This document shows positions 55,176 to 64,000 of a stretch of DNA of 64,000 bases, one piece after another. Below the pieces are notes generated by a model. It did not search any database, was not told the DNA's origin, and was given only the letters and a program-made list of their open reading frames with translations. The DNA is taken from assembly GCA_951406725.2 (NCBI GenBank), contig OX597826.1:52142001-52206000 (forward strand), in the 5' to 3' direction. The stretch is from Octopus vulgaris. Its lineage: Eukaryota. The first letter of the stretch is position 1; each line of letters begins with the position of its first letter. The position numbers were made by a program, and so were the translations under genes.

Positions 55176-55580
55176 ACTGTGTACAGTAAGATCCATGGTA
55201 GTAGAGTCCAGCAGGAAGTGTAAAGTTCCAAAAGTAATCCAGCCGGAGTCAGTGTAAGGTGGATAACAAGAGGTACCAAAGGTCAAGGAAGGTAGGACAG
55301 CTGACAGTCTAAGACAGGAGCAAGATCAGGCATCCAGGATTAAACAGAGGTGGCCATGAGACCGTATATTATATATGGTTCAAATGTACAAAAAAAAATG
55401 ACGAAAGACAGAGGCAGGTGATGGAAAAACAAGTAGGTTTATTAGATTGATGCTCATGGAAAAATGTAAACTTCAAGACATTTCAAATTTTCCCAAGTGT
55501 CTTACTAATATAACTGCTTGTTGCTATCCCATCAAACTTGCATTTGTTTTCTATATATTTAAACCATGTATATATTTATC

Positions 55581-55676
<96 letters not shown>

Positions 55677-55687
55677 CATATATATAT

Positions 55688-55752
<65 letters not shown>

Positions 55753-55885
55753 TACATACATATATATATATATATTATATGTATGTATATATACATATAT
55801 ATGTATGTATATATACATATATATGTATATATAGATACATATATGTATATATATGCATATATATGTATATATCTATATCTATCTC

Positions 55886-55952
<67 letters not shown>

Positions 55953-55971
55953 GTATATACATATATGTATA

Positions 55972-56140
55972 CAGTAATCCATCAGCTATCGCGAGTATTA
56001 CATTCCAAAACCTCCCGCAGAAATAATTAAAATCTAAAAAAATATAAATACTCATCACCCGCATATACCTGTGATATACTGAGGATTTTACAATATAAAT
56101 TTATCTATATTAACCAGTAAAATCTGCGATGTACTGAGTT
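55972..56140. mobile_element. Tigger/pogo-like MITE end
   Basis: TA|CAGTAATCCATCAGCTATCGCGAG...TTCCAAAACCTCCCGC; the other end is not evident. Confidence 0.4.
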
Positions 56141-56149
56141 TGATAGAAG

Positions 56150-56695
56150 TAAAAACTGGAATAAGATACAAAGTGTTTGTGACAAAGCAAATGGGGTGAA
56201 CACGTGGTACAAAATAGATAAATACCAAGGAGTGATGCTTGTTGAGGCCACAGCCCATAGAGAACTAGCCTGTAGATTTAGGAAAGCTCTGAAGGAGGCT
56301 CAATATTAAGATCGTTGAAAATACCAGGAGCTCCATCAGATCAAAACTACGTAGGACACACCCTTTTGGGAATACCACATGCACTAAGGATATTTCCATG
56401 ATATTAACCCTGATATTAACTGTAGAACTAGAAGTGTAGTCTACTGCTTAAGGTGCATAGAGGGTGCTTGTAAAGAAAAGATCATGATATACATAAGTGA
56501 GACATCTAGGACCATTGCGGAAAGACTAAATGAACATCTGAGACAATATGACAACAAAAAGCAATCCTCCATACTCCATATGGAGGCATACTGGGTCAAC
56601 TTGACGACCGCATTTTATCTAAGCACTCGAAGGATCCAACACTCAGACAAGTACAAGAGTACGTCATCATTAATGAAACAATCCCAGCACTAAAT
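56150..56695 (+). mobile_element. Penelope-like RT-thumb/GIY-YIG remnant
   Basis: MLVEAT..ELA..., CRTRSVVYCLRC...IYISETSRTIAERLNEHL. Confidence 0.75.
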
Positions 56696-57347
56696 AAGAA
56701 ATATATATATAGGTTTCATTCCCCAATACCCACAGTTTATATATACACAGTGTTGTTAGTAGGCTGTTATGTAGGCGTGTGATATGTTTGTGTGTGTGTA
56801 TGTATATATATATATATGTATATGTATGTGTATGTGTATATATATATGTGGGTAAATGCATACGCATATGAATAGGTAGGTATACAGATAGATAGGTACA
56901 TAAGTAATTAGGACAGACGGGCACAGACACAGACATGCACAAAAACATACAAATGTGCTCACATGCATATGTATATATATATATATGCATACACACACAT
57001 ATTGCAAGCAAACATGCAGAGTACATACATGCATACAAACATTGCACACATGCATATATATGTATATGCATACACTTGCATATATACATACATACATATA
57101 TATACACACACACGCAAACATACATACATACATACATACTTACATACATACATACATATGTGTATGCGCACGCACACTGACGCACACGCATGTGTACAAA
57201 AAAGAACGCAAAATTCTAATGAAGGACAGTCAATGACTATTGAAAAGTATGCAAGTCTCCACGAAAATTTTATTAAGACGTCAAGTATGAAATTTGTAGA
57301 AAATGAAAAAAGTTTGATAATGTTTTATAAATACAAGGAATAGTTTT

Positions 57348-57633
57348 ATTACCTGGAAAAATGTGAGCATGAAAAGTAATATACTTAAGATTATAAACAT
57401 GGAAAAGTACAGGACAAGTTATTATATTTGGAAAAGTATAGGACACGTTATTACTTCTAATAAAGGAAAGAGGTGCAGGAGGGGCTGTGTGGTATGTAGC
57501 TTGTTTACCAACCACATGGTTCCGGCTTCAGTCTCACTGCGTGTCATCTTGGGCAAGTGTCTTCTACTATAGGATCGGGCCGACCAAAACCTTGTGAGTG
57601 GATTTGGTAGACAGAAACTGAAAGAAGCCCGTC

Positions 57634-57715
<82 letters not shown>

Positions 57716-58449
57716 TTGCGTGTCTGAGTTTGTCCCCCAGCATCGCGTGACAGCCGATGGTGGTGTGTTTACGTCTCCGTAAGTTAGTTAGTTAGTTAGT
57801 TAGTTAATTTGGCTCAAAAGCAAATAGCAAGGCCATGTAGGGGGACATGGAGTTAAGTACAGGGTGGTGTTCATGTAAAGAGTTCAGTAACTTAGCGGTT
57901 CGGCAAAAGAGACCGATAGAACAAGTACTAGGCTTACAAAGAATAAGCCCTGGGGTCGATTTGTTCGACTAAAGGCGGTGCTCCAGCATGGCCGCAGTCA
58001 AATGACTGAAACAAGTAAAAGTGTAAAAGATTAAGAAACTTTTACTTAAAATACTGCAGCGAAGAATGCCAGTTCTAATTTATCACTCTTTACAGTTCTC
58101 ATTTGAATTTATTGTACAAAGCAGTTCAGCTAATTTGTAAGTTTGTCCAATTAGTCACTTTTTTCTCTATTCAATGTAGTAAATTAGCCAAATTCTACTT
58201 AAATAAGTATAGCGTTATTTGTAAACTATAATAAAATAATTTCTAATATTCAAATTTTAATTTTAGCTACAATATTTTAACTAAAATGTTTCTTATTTTT
58301 TACTTTATTAGAAGTAATAACTTGTCCTATATTTTTCCAGGCGTAATAACTTGTCCTATAGTTTTCCAGGCGTAATAACTTGCCCAGTACTTTTCCAGGT
58401 TTATAATCTTAAGAATATTACTTTTCATGCTCGCATTTTTCCATGTAAT
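57348..58449. mobile_element. Foldback-like element with modular TIRs
   Basis: 57348-57465 vs 58303-58449 inverted, with tandem 29-bp subrepeats GTAATAACTTGTCCTATA-TTTTCCAGGC (one more on the right arm). Confidence 0.7.
57471..58030 (+). mobile_element. Family-A SINE interrupted by a ~105-bp (CTAA)n-tailed retroposon fragment
   Basis: SINE body split at 57783-57886; GTAA duplicated at the junctions; (TTAG)n on + strand. Confidence 0.82.
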
Positions 58450-58974
58450 CCATATTTCCAGGCATTGCTGTTATACGATAATTAATAATGTGCCCGGCGC
58501 GCTAACGTTTCTGTCAACTCACCGCGTTATAATATATTATCTTAACATTATTGCTTGGGGCGTTACTTCTTACTTCCTCATATACTGAAAATAAATTTCA
58601 TGACATTTCACCTCATCACATTTTTTCTACTAATTTTTGTTCAATGAGACTAACGATTCTGAACTCCTCATGCATTTTTCTGTCATTTAAGCATAAGAAA
58701 AGTCTACTTTTATTTTAAAATAAAAAAAGTTTGTTAATTGAAGATGAATAGGTGTCTTACTGCCCACCTTTTGACCTTACCTATTTTGATGTAAGTATTT
58801 TCTACTGAACCAAATCTCAAACTATTTATGCCAAAGTGTAGCTGAGGTGTCCTCTTTAAAACTGTTTACAGTTTGCAATTTAGTTGAGAACTAAATTAGT
58901 GGTGAGGCTTGGAAGCTGCTGCGATTGACGAAATGGTGGACTTAAGAATAAATTCAAACACCACCGTGGTTGAA

Positions 58975-59983
58975 TGATTCATCAAAGTATGCACCTGTAT
59001 TGTCAATACACTTTTGCCATTTCAGCGGTAGCTTGTCCAGCCCGGAACTGTAAAAGCCTGGCAATCTACAGTCAATAAAATCTTGGAAGGCCTGTTTTAC
59101 AACATCTCCGAATTAAATTTTTTCCTATCAAAAAGTTATCCAAATTCTGGAAGAAGTGGTAGTCAGTGGGGGTAAGATCAGATGAAGTATGGTGGAGGAT
59201 GGCGAACTTCCAACTCCAACTCCTGTAGTTTCGCTAATGTCATTTTTACGATGTGTGGTCTGGCGTTGTCTTGCAATAAAATAGGAGTGGATCCGTAGAC
59301 TAATCAAGGCTGTGTTTTTGTAAATTTCTGCATAATTTGGTCCTGTTGGCTGTAGTATACTTCGGCCAGTGATTGAAGAGCCAGGTTTAATGAAATCATA
59401 ATGGATCACACCTGCGACAGACCACCAGACAAACACCATCAGCTTCTTTTGATGAATTTTGTTTTTTGGACTGTGTTTTGGTGGCTCGTCTTTGTCCAAC
59501 CATTGTGCTGAACGTTTACGGTTGTTGTATTGGATCCATTACTCTTCGCATGTCACAATTCGATTCATTTTTGTGACAAGAAAGTAGCATAATGCAGGCT
59601 TTCAAACGTTGCTGTTTCTGATTTTCATTGAGTTCATGTGGAACCCACTTATCCAACATTTTCACTTTACCGATTTGAATTAGGTGAGTCAATATTATTT
59701 CCTTGCTAACACCAAAGAACAACGATAGTTCATGGGCACATTGCGAGGGATCTGACTTACAGTGGCTTTAAGTTCGTTATCATCCACCTTTGTTTCTGGT
59801 CGACCGCGTAGCTCATTTGTGAGGTCAAAGTTACCAGAACGAAATTTTGCAAGCCAATTTGATACTGCCTGTAATAACATTAGAATGAAATACTCCATTA
59901 ATATTCTGAGCTGTCAGTGATGCTGTATTTCCCCCCAAAAAGCACTCATATTTCAAAACTGTACGAATTTCCGACTAATCCAT
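58975..59983 (-). pseudogene. Frameshifted mariner (D,D34D) transposase
   Basis: MD*SEIRTVLKYE; GRPETKVDDNEL; WVPHELNENQKQQRL; KKLMVFVWWS; QDNARPH; SPDL-type/TDYHFF region; KWQKCIDNTGAYFD. Confidence 0.9.
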
Positions 59984-60321
59984 CTCTAAACAAAAATAGT
60001 AAAAGCGATTTATAAATTCTTTATATAGCGCGAAATGAGTTCGAATAAAGAAATAGATGTGTCAGCTTTCTAACAAAAAATAAAGTTTGTCAAAATATAA
60101 TAAGGGCACAAAATGAGCAGCTGTCGAAGTTTAGCATATACTTTACTACAAATTTCATACTTGACGGCCAAATAATAATAATAAATAAGTAAATGCGTGG
60201 AAATAGGTGGATGTGTTAAATTCACATGGTCCTAAAAGAGAATGACTCTCTCCAGACACAAAAAAATTATATATATATATTATATCTATAAAATAATATG
60301 TTACAATTACTCAATAGTCAA

Positions 60322-60382
60322 GATAAAACTCTGAGTTTCAGATGCCGAAGTGGAAATCCACAACACCATCTCTTCGGTTATC
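60322..60382 (-). ncRNA. Hammerhead-like motif (CCGAAGA core) inside a 36-bp inverted repeat
   Basis: GATAA-CCGAAGA-GATG...CATC-T-GAAA-CTCAGAG-TT-TTATC; IR 60283-60318/60398-60433. Confidence 0.6.
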
Positions 60383-60535
60383 TGGCCATCTGAAAAAACT
60401 ATTGAGTAATTGTAACATATTATTTTATAGATAAATTTCGTCTATTTACATAATATTGAGGTCTCTTTCTTTCTTTTGTTATCTTACCGTTTTTACCAAT
60501 ATAAATATATTTTATATATATATATATATATATTG

Positions 60536-60569
<34 letters not shown>

Positions 60570-61095
60570 ATCTATATATATATATTATATTATATATATA
60601 TATATAAGTATTATATATATCAATCATTTTCTTTCACTTTTATTCTTTTGTTTGTTGCAGTCATTTGACTGCGGCCGTGCTAGAACACTGTCTTTAGTCA
60701 AAAATGAATAAGGGTAGAAATTTCCGATCTCAGCGCGCCAAAGTGAAGGCATTTGAAATATACACATAAATATAATTTGTTGAACTCTATACATGCAGGA
60801 TTTCGGTCAAGTGTTCTGTATCTAGTTCTGGAAATTATGTTTGTAAACGACAGACGATGCTGATGATCTTGCAGATGTTCGCGTGTACACATACGTGAAT
60901 ATTAACAGGTGAAACTAATTAGTACATAGGTAATCGTTTTTTATTTCGTATATTTTCATTTGTCTTGCTTATTTTTACACTTTTGTTTTTTGCTGAGTTT
61001 TTTCTTGAGAACACATTCTTCGTGGAAAATAGCGATTTTGACGTCTATATCTAGCATATTGACTGTCCACTTATAGTGGTCAGTCCTTTAAATTT

Positions 61096-61142
<47 letters not shown>

Positions 61143-61232
61143 CAGTTCTATATTTAAGAGATGAGGAATTACGTACATTTATTTACATTATTTATATTTG
61201 ACGGATATTTGTCCTCATCTTGTTTGTTGTTA

Positions 61233-61275
61233 ACACAACGTTTCGGCTGATATACACTCAGCTTTCATCAGGTGT
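61233..61275 (-). ncRNA. Minimal type-I hammerhead (PLE LTR)
   Basis: ACAC-CTGATGA-aa-GCTG..CAGC-c-GAAA-CGTT-GTGT; palindromic AACGTT. Confidence 0.75.
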
Positions 61276-61325
61276 CTTGGGGAAATTTTCAACCTGGGTT
61301 CTCATTTCTAGGGTATTTTTTGATG

Positions 61326-61427
<102 letters not shown>

Positions 61428-61529
61428 TATTATTATTATTATTATTATTAAGGTCCCTGCTTGGAATCGAACTCGGAATTTTGGAGTTAGTAGCTCGCGC
61501 TCTTAACAATGACGCTTTATGCCCGTGAG

Positions 61530-61785
61530 CATATGGCCTCGGGCCGACAAAAGCCTTGCAAGTGGATTTAGTAGAGGGAAACTGAAAGAAGCCTATCGTG
61601 TAAAAATGTATATATATTTATGTTTGAATGTCTTTGTCGGTGTTTTTCCCCACCTTCGCTTGACAACCAATGCTGTTGTGTTTACGTCCCCCAAACTTGG
61701 CGGTTCGACTAAAGAAACCGATAGGAGTCGATTTTTTCGACTAAAGGCCGCAGTCAAATAATTGAAGGATGTAAAAGAGTAAAAG
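61530..61785 (+). mobile_element. 5'-truncated family-A SINE
   Basis: GGCCTCGGGCCGACAAAAGCCTTG...GGCCGCAGTCAAAT...AAAAGAGT. Confidence 0.8.
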
Positions 61786-61798
61786 CGAATATCATATA

Positions 61799-61867
<69 letters not shown>

Positions 61868-62555
61868 TATTATTATTATTATGTATATATTATAACGGAA
61901 AAAGGTGCTCAATAACTAGGTACTAAAAGACCGTCTGGAAATTTTTTATAAAGTCGTGTTCTAAAAATTTTTCTATAATTTCGATTTCTGAACTTTATTG
62001 AATTTTTTAACTCCGGTTTTTCACAAATTTAAATATTCGTTGCATTCACTGTGGAGTTTTCCGTTTTTATTTCTAAAGTCTCTCATTTCCTATTTCAATG
62101 TTTTCATTTCGAGTTCGCTATATGGAAAACCCAGTATATTCTATATACGTTATGTAAAAACATTATTCTTTGAATTTTTTTAAAAATAATAATACTGGTA
62201 TAATTTTTATAAAAAAGAATTAAGAAGTGATTTTGTTATTATGGCTGTTTTGGAACGCGATAAGCCTTACAATAACTATTCGGACCGAGTTTGGCCATTT
62301 TTTAAAACTTAAAAACCATAGGAGGGGCCATTTTGGTAAAAAAAAAAAACGTAAATATTTTCAGAGGTAAAGGTGAACAATTAAACCCCACTCACACATG
62401 TATTGATGTTTTTTTTAATATTTTTCTCCCATTTTATAAAATAATGATGCTGAAGTGACACGCAAATGGTCCATTGGTGGAATATAAGCAACAAAAATTG
62501 TAATCTAAATTTTTACCCCGAACTCAATCAAGCGAAGCCGTGTGTATGTGAAACG

Positions 62556-62668
62556 TATGATATTAAAAGTGTGTGAAAAGTATGCTATTAAAAGTATGTG
62601 AAAAGTATGATATTAAAAGTATGTGAAAAATATGCTATTGAAAATATGTGAAAAGTATGCTATTAAAA
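62556..62668. repeat. 25-bp minisatellite (~4.5 units)
   Basis: TATG(A/C)TATTAAAAGT(A/G)TGTGAAAAG repeated. Confidence 0.85.
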
Positions 62669-63849
62669 TGAATTATCGCTTACGAAACTCTTTCTTTAAA
62701 TCACTGTGGATAAATGCCAGCAATGACCTTCTCAGGCTCTCCAATAGTTTAATTTATAAACCTAAACAATCGGGGGCAGGGAATGGGATTGCAAAATGTT
62801 CGTGACTTTTCAAATTTTCTTTTCATTAGCATGTAAATGTATTTATGGGGACAAAAATATAGAAAAACATCAATATATGCGAGAGTGATAAAGAAACGTT
62901 GAGCGTTGTCTTGGGATGTGCTAGAAACAACAGCCACATCTCCCTTAAATTACACACTTTTTCCTCTGAAAATTTTAAATTTGTTTTTACCGAAATGCCT
63001 CACCTCCACCCCGTGGTTTCCATGTGCAACAAAAATTAAACAAAATATGCCCAGAGTAGGATGATGAGGGGGTGGTACTAAAAAAGAATTTTAACTTTTT
63101 GTATACAAAGATGCTCCCCACCCTACCCTATCAATTCGGAGGCTGTGATTTTAAAAGAAATGGGGAACGCCCCCCCTCGCTAAAACAGAATAGTTCTAAC
63201 TTATTTTGTCTTGTTGATCCGAAACTCCTTTTTAATGAAATTTCTCTCCCCCGGAAAAAAACTTTTCGACACAAATTTCTTTATAATCGTAACCTATGTC
63301 ATTTAAAAGGTATCTGAATAAACTTTCATTAAAAGATACCAATTTTCCTGAAAGTTATGAGGGATCGGGTGAATATACCCAAACTCCTCTCTCCACCCCC
63401 AAGGAAAAAGTCTTTCCCTAAATCCTACCTACTCTGAAGTCACAACATATAAGCGGTGTTTGTAAAAAATTTTGTTAAAATGTATCCATTGTTTGCAACG
63501 ATCTCTCTTCCTCTCTCTCTCACACACACACACACAAACACACACACACATACACACATACACACACTGCAAGGCTTAAACACGGGCTGCTGAACTGGAA
63601 ACACTATGGTTGCTTTGAGAGGGAAGTAAAACTTGACAAACTGCTTCCCCCTCTGTAGTTGGACTACTTTGATGTCTGTTTGAAAAAAGAGATTATGACA
63701 GTGATAAAAACAATGCTAGCAATATTTACTTACCAAGTGAGCACTTGCTTAGATATAATTAGATGTAAAATATTAAAATTATTAGAATTGTGAAAATATT
63801 ATCATGTGACTAGTAGAAATCACCCGTAGCTCGCTCTTTCTGCTAGTGC

Positions 63850-63915
<66 letters not shown>

Positions 63916-64000
63916 GCGCAGGAGTGCGTGTGTGTAGTAAGTAGCTTGCTTACTCTCTCGCTCTCTCTCTCTCTCTCTATAAATATATATATAAAACATA

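Larger units (their letters stand above)
57273..60172 (-). mobile_element. Mariner element with TIRs and nested insertions
   Basis: TIR cores CGTCAAGTATGAAATTTGTAG (57279-99) and CTACAAATTTCATACTTGACG (60146-66), TA flanks. Confidence 0.8.

Noticed and set aside
62556-62668. Regular 25-bp repeats (CRISPR-like?)
   Set aside because: No unique spacers or cas genes, and the context is eukaryotic; it is a minisatellite.
62940-63850. Possible Helitron/Helentron-like relic (CTAG end at ~63844)
   Set aside because: No clear terminal hairpin or 5' end could be defined.

Overview
Very AT-rich eukaryotic DNA, full of microsatellites: (TA)n, (AAT)n, (TACA)n and (CAT)n. The repeat landscape suggests a cephalopod, probably Octopus (inference). 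Almost all ORF-track entries are microsatellite or SINE artefacts. The one convincing host coding region is 43708-44574 (+), probably a terminal exon, with an RVxF motif, a C-terminal coiled coil and a -GSLV PDZ-type end. It follows about 43 kb of probably intronic DNA. Three exon-like segments on the - strand (35090-35150, 20294-20422, 14680-14762) may form an antisense transcript starting at an RFX X-box/YY1 site. The rest is transposon-derived: several SINE families, RTE, R4/Dong-like and Tx1-like LINE fragments, Penelope-like element (PLE) remnants, hAT, piggyBac and pogo MITEs, and a decayed mariner. Two signals stand out. (1) About ten minimal type-I hammerhead ribozyme motifs, intact to decayed, several inside fold-back palindromes, including an inverted pair in a perfect 126-bp-arm palindrome. 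(2) Unrelated long inverted repeats whose arm differences are strongly biased to G-U wobbles on the + strand (about 35 vs 9 transitions by hand alignment).
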